A stretch of 64,000 nucleotides of DNA. Source: Thermoplasmata archaeon (GTDB lineage: Archaea > Thermoplasmatota > Thermoplasmata > Lutacidiplasmatales > UBA184). Below are positions 25,694 through 34,065 of the stretch, one piece after another. The stretch covers positions 12,401 to 76,400 of the forward strand of contig JASHOK010000030.1 in the NCBI GenBank assembly GCA_030041175.1, written 5' to 3'. The translations under genes and the position numbers were made by a program. Numbering within the stretch: position 1 is the stretch's first letter; the number at the start of each line of letters is the position of its first letter. The notes beneath the pieces are model-generated. The model worked only from the letters and a program-made list of their open reading frames with translations, had not been told where the DNA came from and did not search any database.

Positions 25694-25817
25694 CCCGCGC
25701 CGAGGGGGCCGTTCCTTAGAACGCTTTGGACAGCGCGGGCACTGGCCGGCTGGTCAACCCCGGGTTCCGAAACCCTTTAGCGCGCCCGTTTCTCGAACAC
25801 CCCCCGGGGTCGAGCGG

Positions 25818-27200
25818 ATGCCTCGGTGGATTCCATCCGGTGCGCAAGAAGAGAGCCAGCTGCTCAAGGAGCTGGACCTCCCAAACACCGAAGCGCTGTT
25901 CGCCGACGTTCCCAAGAAGCTCCGGGTGGGCCGTCTGGGAATCGGTGCGGGTCACTCCGAACCCGAGGTGGTTGCGGCGGTCGATAAGATACTCGACCGC
26001 AACCGGCCTCTTTCCAAATTCGCCTCCTTCCTTGGCGGACGGATCGCCGTACGCTACGTGCCGGCGGCCGTGGATGCCGTGATTTCACGGAGCGAATTCT
26101 ACACCTCTTACACGCCGTATCAGCCTGAAGCGAGCCAAGGGATGCTTCAGTCCCTGTTCGAGTTCCAGAGCCTCTGGGTGGAGCTGTCCGGCATGGACGT
26201 CGCCAACGCATCGCTCTATGATGGCGCGACAGCGATCGGTGAGGCGGCTCTCCTGTGCAAGCGACTGCATGAGGGGGAGCGGTTCCTGATCCCCGCGAGC
26301 CTGCCGTGGGAGGAAAAGAGCGTTCTCTCGAACTACCTTGCCGGTAGTGGGGCCCGGATCGAAGAGGTTCCCTTCGAATCCCGCACGGGGCGTCTCGACC
26401 TCTCGGCTCTTCGGGCTGCCATCGCACGGCCGGGCGTCTTCGGCATGCTGGCCGACCTACCCAACGGATTCGGAGTGGTGGATGAGGGCTTGCCGGAGCT
26501 CAAGTCCGTTTTGGGCGAGATCCCGCTGGCGATCTCGGCGGACCCGCTCGCGCTGACCGTACTGGAACCACCCGGCAGTTGGGGGGCGGACGTCGTGGTG
26601 GGCGAGGGCCAGCCGTTCGGCATACCGCCGGCCGGCGGGGGCCCGCTCCTGGGCCTCTTTGCCTGTCGAAAGGAGCACGTTCGGCTATCCCCGGGTCGCA
26701 TCGTGGGCCTCACACAAGACACCGAAGGGCGACGGGCCTTCGCCCTGACGCTACAGACCCGCGAACAGCACATCCGTCGATCCCGCGCCACCTCGAACAT
26801 CTGCACGAATGAGTCCCTGCTCGCACTGGCCTTCGTCACCTACGCCACGCTGGTGGGCCCACGGGGATTGGCCGAGCTGCAGCGGTCGTTGGCCGAGCGG
26901 GCCCGAACATTGGCGACCGCCCTCGGCGGTATTCCAGGCCTGGAGGCGCCCCGGTTCGACGCGCCTTATCTCAGCGAGTTCACGATCGGGGTCAAACAGG
27001 GCACGGCCACCGAGTTCCTGGACCGGCTCCGCCGGCGGAAGGTCCTCGGGGGGGTCCCTCTCGCCGACCCCCGGCCGGGGGCCCCCGCCCCACCCGGCCA
27101 GTGGCTGCTAACGTCCGTCCACGAACTGACGTCGGAGAAGGATATTCAGAAGTTCGCGCGCGCCGCACGGGCGGCACTGCCCAGAGGGGTGGCGGCTTGA
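25818..27200 (+). CDS. gcvPA: Glycine dehydrogenase (decarboxylating) subunit 1
   Basis: MPRWIPSGAQEESQLLKELDLPNTEALFADVPKKLR...FASFLGG...YTPYQPEASQGMLQSLFEFQ is the classical P-protein alpha subunit sequence. Confidence 0.92.
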   Translation: MPRWIPSGAQEESQLLKELDLPNTEALFADVPKKLRVGRLGIGAGHSEPEVVAAVDKILDRNRPLSKFASFLGGRIAVRYVPAAVDAVISRSEFYTSYTPYQPEASQGMLQSLFEFQSLWVELSGMDVANASLYDGATAIGEAALLCKRLHEGERFLIPASLPWEEKSVLSNYLAGSGARIEEVPFESRTGRLDLSALRAAIARPGVFGMLADLPNGFGVVDEGLPELKSVLGEIPLAISADPLALTVLEPPGSWGADVVVGEGQPFGIPPAGGGPLLGLFACRKEHVRLSPGRIVGLTQDTEGRRAFALTLQTREQHIRRSRATSNICTNESLLALAFVTYATLVGPRGLAELQRSLAERARTLATALGGIPGLEAPRFDAPYLSEFTIGVKQGTATEFLDRLRRRKVLGGVPLADPRPGAPAPPGQWLLTSVHELTSEKDIQKFARAARAALPRGVAA

Positions 27201-28684
27201 CCTTCCGGCAGGCGCGGTGGGATGAGCCACTGATCTGGGAGCGCCCATCCTCGGATGACGACCCTCACCCCATCGGCGATATTCCCGGCATTCCCGCGTC
27301 ACTGCGCCGGAAGCAGCCGCTGGATTGGCCGGAGATCTCCGAGCTCGAGGTGGTCCGGCACTACACACGGCTGTCCCAGATGAATTTCGGAATCGATACC
27401 TCGGCCTATCCGCTCGGCTCGTGCACGATGAAATACAACCCCAAGGTCCACGAAACGCTCGCTCGCCGGCGCCACGCGACTGACATCCATCCCTCACAGC
27501 CGGTCGAGTCGCTCCAGGGGGAGCTGGAATTGCTGTGGCGGCTGGAGCGAGCGCTTACCCGGATCACGGGAATGACGGAGGTCTCGGTCCAAGCGGCGGC
27601 CGGGGCCCATGGGGAGTTCGCCGCCCTCCTGATGATCCGGGCTCATCTGCAGGAACGGGGCGAGCTGGGACGCCGGACGGAGGTGATTCTGCCGGATACC
27701 GCCCACGGAACGAATCCGGCATCGGCGGCGATGGCAGGCTTCCAGACCCGGGAGATCCCATCGAAGGACGGTTGCGTCGATCCCGAAGCGCTCCGCGCGG
27801 CGGTCAGCGACCGGACCGCGGCATTCATGCTCACGAATCCGAACACCGCGGGGCTGTTCGAGCCGGATATCGCCGAGATCGACGAGATCGTGCATGGGGC
27901 CGGCGGCCTCCTCTACTATGACGGGGCGAATCTGAACGCCATTCTCGGTGTGACCAGTCCTGGCCGCATGGGTTTTGACGTCGCCCATCTCAACCTGCAC
28001 AAGACGTTCTCGACACCGCACGGCGGAGGAGGGCCGGGCGCCGGGGCCTTGGCCGCCGGAGATACGCTGGCGCCCTACCTACCGGTTCCGAGGATCGTCA
28101 AACGGGGCCGCAAGTTCGCCCTCGACTACGACCGGCCCAAGTCGATCGGAAAGATCAAGTTCGCCTTCGGGAACTTTGGTTTGGACCTCCGCGCCTACGC
28201 CTTCATCCTGGCCCACGGCGAAGACGGCCTGCGACACATCGCCCACCGCTCCGTGCTGAACGCGAACTACTTGGGCAAGCGTCTCGGGACCGTTCTCCCG
28301 AGACCCTTCCGGCCGCTCGTGAAGCACGAATTCCTCCTCAGCGGAAGTCCCCTCAAGGAGCGGGGCGTTCGAACACTCGACCTGGCGAAGCGTCTGCTCG
28401 ATGAGGGCATCCACGCCCCCACCATCTACTTCCCTTCGCTCGTCGACGAAGCGCTGATGATCGAGTTTCCCGAAACGGAAAGCCGGGCGGAACTCGACCG
28501 CTTCGTGGAGGCATTCACGCGGTGCGTCCGGGACACGCCCGAGAATCTGCACGGCGCACCGCACTCGCTATCGGTACGGCGAGTCGATGAGGTACGGGCC
28601 GCTCGCGAGCCGATTCTTTCACGGAAGGACCTCCAGGCGGCGGCAAAGCTTGAAGCCGCCCCGCCGGATGCGCCCCGCCCATGA
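27197..28684 (+). CDS. gcvPB: Glycine dehydrogenase (decarboxylating) subunit 2
   Basis: TTG start overlaps the gcvPA TGA (TTGA). FGIDTSAYPLGSCTMKYNPK..., and the PLP lysine context HLNLHKTFSTPHGGGGPG. Confidence 0.92.
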   Translation: MTFRQARWDEPLIWERPSSDDDPHPIGDIPGIPASLRRKQPLDWPEISELEVVRHYTRLSQMNFGIDTSAYPLGSCTMKYNPKVHETLARRRHATDIHPSQPVESLQGELELLWRLERALTRITGMTEVSVQAAAGAHGEFAALLMIRAHLQERGELGRRTEVILPDTAHGTNPASAAMAGFQTREIPSKDGCVDPEALRAAVSDRTAAFMLTNPNTAGLFEPDIAEIDEIVHGAGGLLYYDGANLNAILGVTSPGRMGFDVAHLNLHKTFSTPHGGGGPGAGALAAGDTLAPYLPVPRIVKRGRKFALDYDRPKSIGKIKFAFGNFGLDLRAYAFILAHGEDGLRHIAHRSVLNANYLGKRLGTVLPRPFRPLVKHEFLLSGSPLKERGVRTLDLAKRLLDEGIHAPTIYFPSLVDEALMIEFPETESRAELDRFVEAFTRCVRDTPENLHGAPHSLSVRRVDEVRAAREPILSRKDLQAAAKLEAAPPDAPRP

Positions 28685-29790
28685 AGGACCGGATCCGGCG
28701 GATCTTTGCCAAGCTCGGAGCGGACGCCGATGCGCTGGTCTTCGTGAATGCGGCAAGCCCCCATCTGGACTCGAGCTTCTTCTACGTCTTTGACGTCCCG
28801 AGTGGACTGTTCGAGGGCTGCGCGGCGGTTGCCCGGCCCGACGGCTCTCTCACGGTGCTCACGAGCCCCCTCGAGGAGGAGAGCGCCCGGCAAGCCGCCC
28901 GTCGGGACAAGGACGTCGAGGTTGAGCTCATCCGGGGCCGAGACGAGCGCGAAAAGCGGCTTACACAACTCATGGAATCCAACGACCGGATCGCGCTCAA
29001 CTACCACGAGCTGACGCACGAGGATTACCTCAGCATTGCCGGGGCGTTCCCGGAGGCCACCTGGGTCGACGCCAGCAGCGCGGTGCGGAAGACCCGGATG
29101 GTGAAGGACGCGATCGAGATCGAGCGACTCCGACGGGCCGCCGACATCGGTTCGGAGGTCGCTCGGGAGATCCCCTCGCTGCTCCGTACCGGGATCACGG
29201 AGCTGCAGCTGGCGGGCGAGATGGAGTACCGCATGGCACGGGCGGGTGCCTCGGGACGGAGCTTCGAAACGATTGTCGGCTTCGGCCCTCACGGTGCCGA
29301 GCCGCATTTCTCCCCTCAACCGTTTCCGTTGGCGGCGGGTCAGTCCATCGTCTGCGACTTCGGAGCCCTGTCCCAGCGGTACGTCAGTGACATCACGCGG
29401 TCCTACCACTTCGGACCGACCGATCCGGAGCTCAAACGGGTCCACGAGAAGGTCGAAGAGGCGCAGCAAGCCGCGCTCGACCAGGTCCGCCCGGGGGTGG
29501 CGGCGAAGGAGGTCCACCTGGCCGCGGCGAGGGTGATCGATGCGAGCCCTTGGAAAGGGTTGTTCAACCACGGAGTCGGACACTCGATCGGTCTTGCGGT
29601 GCACGATGGCTTTGCCATGAACCCCCGCGTGGAAGAGCCGCTCGAGGTGGGGATGGCCGTGACGGTCGAGCCCGGTATCTACATTGCCGGCCGTGGCGGT
29701 GTCCGGATCGAGGATGATATTCTCGTCACGGAAAAGGGCTACGAATTCCTCACCACCGCGCCTCGGGGGTATCTCGAGGTTCCGGCGTGA
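28681..29790 (+). CDS. M24 family Xaa-Pro dipeptidase/aminopeptidase (paralogue 2)
   Basis: ATGA overlap with gcvPB. Same ligand blocks as paralogue 1 (IVCDFGA, YVSDITR, VGHSIGLAVHD, VEPGIY, GGVRIEDDILVT). By eye it is roughly 55-60 percent identical to 3098..4207. Confidence 0.9.
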   Translation: MKDRIRRIFAKLGADADALVFVNAASPHLDSSFFYVFDVPSGLFEGCAAVARPDGSLTVLTSPLEEESARQAARRDKDVEVELIRGRDEREKRLTQLMESNDRIALNYHELTHEDYLSIAGAFPEATWVDASSAVRKTRMVKDAIEIERLRRAADIGSEVAREIPSLLRTGITELQLAGEMEYRMARAGASGRSFETIVGFGPHGAEPHFSPQPFPLAAGQSIVCDFGALSQRYVSDITRSYHFGPTDPELKRVHEKVEEAQQAALDQVRPGVAAKEVHLAAARVIDASPWKGLFNHGVGHSIGLAVHDGFAMNPRVEEPLEVGMAVTVEPGIYIAGRGGVRIEDDILVTEKGYEFLTTAPRGYLEVPA

Positions 29791-30809
29791 AGATCGGCGT
29801 TCTTACGGGCGGCGGGGATTGCCCGGGGCTCGATGCAGCCATCCGGGGGGTCGTCTATCGAGCGGGGCAGCAGGGCCACCAGGTCGTAGGTTTTCTGGAT
29901 GGTTGGAAAGGCGTCCGGGACAATCTTGCCCGTCCCCTCGCGCTGGCCGAGGTGGTCACGATCGTGGGCGACGGGGGCACGATCCTCGGGAGCTCGCGGA
30001 CAAATCCGTTCCAGAAGCCGGAGGATGTCGCTAAGGTCGAGGCCACGATCCGGTCCCAGGCACTCGACGCGCTAGTAGCGATCGGCGGAGATGATACCCT
30101 CTCCGCGGCGCTCGCCCTCTATCAGCGCGGGGGACGCGTGGTCGGCGTTCCCAAGACGATGGACAACGACGTCGGCGGCACAGATTGGACGTTCGGCTTC
30201 GACTCGGCCGCGTCGGTCGCCATGGATGCGGCCGAGCGCCTCCGCGATACGGCTCGAAGCCACCACCGGGCCATCGTACTGGAGGTGATGGGCCGCCACG
30301 CCGGCTGGGTGGCGCTGGCCACGGGGCTAGCGGCCGGAGCCGACGCTACCCTCGTACCGGAGGAGCGGTACGACGAGACCGCTCTCATGGACCACGTCCG
30401 GCGTGCAATCGCCGCACGGGGGTACGCCCTCATCGTGGTCTCCGAGGGGGTGGAGGTGGGTGCGGCCCAGGGGACCTCCGGGGCGGCGGACGAGTTCGGC
30501 CACGAGCTACTTCGGGAACGCGGCGTCGGGGCGCTCCTCGCGAAGCGGATCGAAGCCGGCACCGGGGTCGAGGCCCGGAGCGTACAAATCGGCCACATCC
30601 AGCGGGGAGGCCCGCCGACGCTGTTCGATCGGTTGTTATCGCTGCGCCTCGGGGTCCAGGCCGTGGACCTCGTCCTCGACGGCCGCTTTGGCCACGTCGC
30701 GGTGCTCCGCGGGGAACGCGTCATGGGCGTCCCACTGGAGGAGGCGCTCAAAAGTCCCAAGCTCGTGACCGCCGACTGGCTCGATCTGCTGCACACCTTC
30801 GACGCCTGA
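29787..30809 (+). CDS. pfp: PfkA-family 6-phosphofructokinase with PPi-type signature residues
   Basis: MKIGVLTGGGDCPGLDAAIRG, IGGDDTLS (Asp where ATP enzymes have GGDGS) and VPKTMDNDV (Lys where E. coli has PGTIDND), plus MGRHAGW and GHIQRGG. GTGA overlap with the preceding gene. Confidence 0.85.
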   Translation: MKIGVLTGGGDCPGLDAAIRGVVYRAGQQGHQVVGFLDGWKGVRDNLARPLALAEVVTIVGDGGTILGSSRTNPFQKPEDVAKVEATIRSQALDALVAIGGDDTLSAALALYQRGGRVVGVPKTMDNDVGGTDWTFGFDSAASVAMDAAERLRDTARSHHRAIVLEVMGRHAGWVALATGLAAGADATLVPEERYDETALMDHVRRAIAARGYALIVVSEGVEVGAAQGTSGAADEFGHELLRERGVGALLAKRIEAGTGVEARSVQIGHIQRGGPPTLFDRLLSLRLGVQAVDLVLDGRFGHVAVLRGERVMGVPLEEALKSPKLVTADWLDLLHTFDA

Positions 30810-30813
30810 TCCG

Positions 30814-31821
30814 ATGTCGGTTCGCGCGCTCTGGTTCACGGAAGGCCGGCTCCACGTCATCGACCAGCGGGAGCTTCCGAAACGTACCCGAATCCGTCAC
30901 CTGCGCCGGGTCGAGGAGGTGGCCGATGCCATCCGCACGCTCACCGTTCGCGGGGCGCCGGCAATCGGCGTGGCCGCCGCCTTCGGAATGGTCCTCGCGT
31001 CCCGCGAGCGTGGCTGGACTCCCGACCGGGCTGCACGCCTGTTGCGCTCAACGCGGCCGACAGCCTATGATCTGTTCGTGGGGATCGAAACAGTTCGGGC
31101 CGCCTGGGCGCGTGGGGAGGATCCCGGTCGGGCCGCGATGGCCTACCGGGACCAGGTGGTGGACGAGTGCCATGAGATCGGGGAGGCCGGGGCTCCCCTG
31201 TTCCTGCGCCGGCCGCGGGTACTCACGCACTGCAATGCGGGAGCGCTTGCGACCGTAGAGTGGGGCACTTCCCTGGCGCCGCTTCGCGTGGCCAAGAGCC
31301 GGGGAGCGCCCATCTTCGTCTGGGTGGACGAAACGAGACCGCTGCTGCAGGGGTCGCGGCTTACCGCATGGGAGCTCCTCCAGGAAGAGATCCCTCACGC
31401 GGTCATCGCCGACAATGCCGCGGGTCACTTCATGCGAAGGGGCGAGATCGATGCGGTCATCGTCGGGGCCGACCGAATCGTTTCCAACGGGGACTTCGCC
31501 AACAAGATCGGTACGTACGAGAAGGCGGTGCTGGCGCACGAGAACCACATCCCCTTCTACGTCGCCGCGCCCTGGACGACCTTTGACGTTCAGCGTCGAA
31601 GCGGCGCCTCGATCCCCGTCGAGGAGCGTAGCGCGGACGAGGTCCGACATTTCGCGGGGGCCTCCGTCGCTCCCGCGAAGAGTCCGGTGCGGAATCCCGC
31701 GTTTGATGTCACGCCGGCCCGGTACGTTACCGCCTACATCACGCCCGGCGGGGTCGCTACCCCGGCACGGGTCGGTGCACTCGCCCGGCGTCATGGGCTG
31801 GCGAACGGGCTGACTCGGTGA
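30814..31821 (+). CDS. mtnA: MtnA-type methylthioribose-1-phosphate isomerase / aIF-2B-I family protein
   Basis: ALWFTEGRLHVIDQRELPKRTR...AIRTLTVRGAPAIGVAAAFG...GADRIVSNGDFANKIGTY is the MtnA-type rather than the e2b2 (R15P isomerase)-type N-terminus. Confidence 0.85.
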   Translation: MSVRALWFTEGRLHVIDQRELPKRTRIRHLRRVEEVADAIRTLTVRGAPAIGVAAAFGMVLASRERGWTPDRAARLLRSTRPTAYDLFVGIETVRAAWARGEDPGRAAMAYRDQVVDECHEIGEAGAPLFLRRPRVLTHCNAGALATVEWGTSLAPLRVAKSRGAPIFVWVDETRPLLQGSRLTAWELLQEEIPHAVIADNAAGHFMRRGEIDAVIVGADRIVSNGDFANKIGTYEKAVLAHENHIPFYVAAPWTTFDVQRRSGASIPVEERSADEVRHFAGASVAPAKSPVRNPAFDVTPARYVTAYITPGGVATPARVGALARRHGLANGLTR

Positions 31822-31966
31822 CTTGTAGGGAGATGTGGGCCAGCGTTGGTGCCGGACCGGACTCTGGCGCTCAGCCCCGTGACCCTTCCGGGAAGAGACT
31901 AAGCGTGCGGCCCTGGTCGATGCTCGGGCGTCCGAGGCCAGTGGCTCATACCGGGGCCTTAATCGG

Positions 31967-32959
31967 ATGAAGGTCGCGCTCGCTTCGCAGAACTGGTCGA
32001 GTCCCATGACCAGCATGTACTCGTATTCGACGGATGTCCTACGCGCCCTGCAGAGCGTCGGAGTGGATGCCGTCCCCCTTCCGATTTCATCCCTCGTGGG
32101 CATGCCCGTTGGAGGCTTACTGCTCCCACTGGCGCGACGGACGTTCCGCTCTTACCCGAACCGGGAAGGTAGGCTGGTCCATCACATCGACCAGGATGCG
32201 TGGCGAGGGGTGGACGTCGTCACCGTTCACGACCTCTATCCATTTCGGGACACCCGGTTTGCCGACCGGTTCATTCGATCCGCAGTCCGGACCGCCGTGC
32301 GACGGGCTCGGCGTATCGTGACCGACTCTCGCGCAACGCTCGACGAGCTCGCGGTCCGGTTTCCGGCATTTACTCGCGGAAAGATGCAGGTGGTCCCCAT
32401 CCCGCACGCGCCGGTGTCCGCCGACCGCCGTGAACCAGTCTACGATGCTCTCTGGATCGGGCGGAATGCTCCGAACAAGCGTCTCGAAGAATACGTCGCC
32501 TTGGCCCAACGGTTTCCGAGAGCCCGTTTCGCTGTGCGCTGGTCCCGGAGTCCGGGTCGGCCGGAAGCCAACGCCGAGCTCACTCGCTCCATCGGCGCGA
32601 CGGCCAACATCCAGAATTTTACGCAATTCCTGGAGGAGGCCCAAATGGACGAGCTCTACCGATCCACCCGGGTCTACGTTTCAACCTCGACCTACGAGGG
32701 CTGGCATATCCCGGTGATGGCCGCCTATCTGCGGGGCTCTCACATCGTCATCCCCCGGATCGAGCCGTACGTTTCCATCTACCCGGAGCCCACGGCATTC
32801 TGGTACGACCCGACCAGTCGGCCCTCGCTCGACGAGGCCTTCGGTGCCGCGCTGGCCGCGCCCTTCCGCCCCCCGTCGGCTCAGGTGGCAGACTATGTTT
32901 CGTACTCCCGGGTGGGGTCGCAGCTCCGGTCGGTCTACGAGGAGCTCGCCCCCCGATAG
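31967..32959 (+). CDS. Glycosyltransferase, GT-B fold (GT4-like)
   Basis: VTVHDLYPF...ARRIVTDSRATLDEL...VYVSTSTYEGWHIPVMAAYLRGSHIVIP (E-x7-E-like region). Confidence 0.75.
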   Translation: MKVALASQNWSSPMTSMYSYSTDVLRALQSVGVDAVPLPISSLVGMPVGGLLLPLARRTFRSYPNREGRLVHHIDQDAWRGVDVVTVHDLYPFRDTRFADRFIRSAVRTAVRRARRIVTDSRATLDELAVRFPAFTRGKMQVVPIPHAPVSADRREPVYDALWIGRNAPNKRLEEYVALAQRFPRARFAVRWSRSPGRPEANAELTRSIGATANIQNFTQFLEEAQMDELYRSTRVYVSTSTYEGWHIPVMAAYLRGSHIVIPRIEPYVSIYPEPTAFWYDPTSRPSLDEAFGAALAAPFRPPSAQVADYVSYSRVGSQLRSVYEELAPR

Positions 32960-32965
32960 GGCGGA

Positions 32966-33066
32966 CGCCCTGGTCGGGAGTTTCGCCTCCGGGCGGACCC
33001 GGACGGCTTCGAACCCGAGTTCCAAGCTCGACAGGCTTAGATCCTAGACCGCTAGACTACCAGGGC
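32966..33066 (-). tRNA. tRNA-Asp (anticodon GUC) with a 28-nt non-canonical intron in the T loop (position 59/60; intron 32980..33007)
   Basis: Hand fold: acceptor GCCCTGG/CCAGGGC; D arm GTCT-AGCGGTCTA-GGAT; anticodon arm TAAGC-CTGTCGA-GCTTG; variable GAAC; T stem TCGGG/CCCGA; discriminator G. The T loop TTCGAA|intron|T becomes TTCGAAT after excision. Length is 101 nt, or 73 nt spliced. The junctions form an hBHBh' motif. Confidence 0.85.
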
Positions 33067-33220
33067 ACCGCGCGCGGCCCTAACGGTCGAGAGTAATCAA
33101 CCTTCCGGCCACCAACGGCCCCACGGTTCTCGGTAACGGGCCCGGGGCCCCATCCACTGCGAGTCGACCTCGTGGTTTATCTATCACCTGGCCGCCATCG
33201 GAGAAACCCCGAGGCCCGCG

Positions 33221-33376
33221 ATGGAGCGTGCGGAAGCATGGGCGACCTTCATCCTCGTCATCGTCGGTGCCCTCGTCCTGCTCGCCTTCATGGGGGTCTT
33301 GGTGGGGGCCTGGTTGGACCATACGTTTGCCGGGATCCTCCATACCCTCGCTTCGCCGCTGGTTTGGTCCCGGTGA
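33221..33376 (+). CDS. Possible 51-aa single-TM micro-protein
   Basis: Own translation: MERAEAWATFILVIVGALVLLAFMGVLVGAWLDHTFAGILHTLASPLVWSR. It falls below the 60-aa track cutoff and has no homology evidence. Confidence 0.3.
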   Translation: MERAEAWATFILVIVGALVLLAFMGVLVGAWLDHTFAGILHTLASPLVWSR

Positions 33377-33533
33377 CCGGCAGGGTCCACGGCGGCCTCG
33401 AACGCGTGGAAATTTCGCAGCCGCGGAAACCCTTTTAAGACCCGCCGGACTCTGTTTCTCCGAATGCGTTCGACTCGGGCGGAGGGCTAACGGCCCCTCC
33501 TGTTTGCTCTCGAATTTTTGCTTCGTCCGACTC

Positions 33534-34061
33534 ATGGACCTCTACGAGGCGATACGGGCGTCCCGCCCTTGCTCGAATTTCCAGTCGCGGCCGATCCCCG
33601 AGGAGAAGGTCCGTGCGGTCGTCGCCGCGGCCCGGCTCGCCCCTTCGCAGAGCAATCTTCAACCGTGGCGATTCGTGGTCGTGCGGGACGAGGAGCTCAA
33701 ACACCAGATCGCGCAGGCATGCCCTCGGGGCAAGCTGGTCTCGGAAGCCCCGGTCGTGATCGTGGCGTTCGCGATGGAGGAGGACATTCCGATGACCGTG
33801 GGCGGGTACATCTCCTCCTATCCCCTCGACACGGCGGTCGCCGTGCACCAGCTCCGCCTCGCGGCCGTCGCGGAGGGCCTGGCCACGAACTGGATCGTCG
33901 ACTTCCACGAAGCCAAGATCCGACGGGCCCTCCAGGTACCGGAGGGGATCCACCCGATCGCGGTGATCCCGCTCGGCTACGCCGGGGAGACGAACGGGTC
34001 CGCGGCGGAGGGCCGGAAGAGCCCCGACGAGATCATCGCCTACGACCGGTACCCCTGGTAG
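33534..34061 (+). CDS. Nitroreductase family protein (175 aa)
   Basis: ATG 33534 gives MDLYEAIRASRPCSNFQSRPIPEEKVRAVVAAARLAPSQSNLQPWRFVVV...IPLGY, the classic NADH oxidase/flavin reductase fold signature. The upstream 100 aa of the track ORF were rejected. Confidence 0.85.
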   Translation: MDLYEAIRASRPCSNFQSRPIPEEKVRAVVAAARLAPSQSNLQPWRFVVVRDEELKHQIAQACPRGKLVSEAPVVIVAFAMEEDIPMTVGGYISSYPLDTAVAVHQLRLAAVAEGLATNWIVDFHEAKIRRALQVPEGIHPIAVIPLGYAGETNGSAAEGRKSPDEIIAYDRYPW

Positions 34062-34065
34062 TTCG

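Noticed and set aside
25694-25817. A possible glycine-responsive leader or riboswitch upstream of gcvPA.
   Set aside because: Glycine riboswitches are bacterial. The 124-nt spacer shows no tandem aptamer-like conserved cores that I can recognise.
33228-33533. A 100-aa N-terminal extension of the nitroreductase ORF.
   Set aside because: Nitroreductase homology begins at MDLYEAIRASR (ATG 33534). The extension is Ser/Pro/Arg-rich and overlaps a different-frame small TM ORF.
32960-33540. A tRNA-Asp-adjacent region as a possible integration site of a mobile element.
   Set aside because: No integrase, no transposase and no direct repeat of the tRNA 3' end is visible nearby. The flanking genes are ordinary metabolic genes. 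The same holds downstream of tRNA-Ile (45699-45827).
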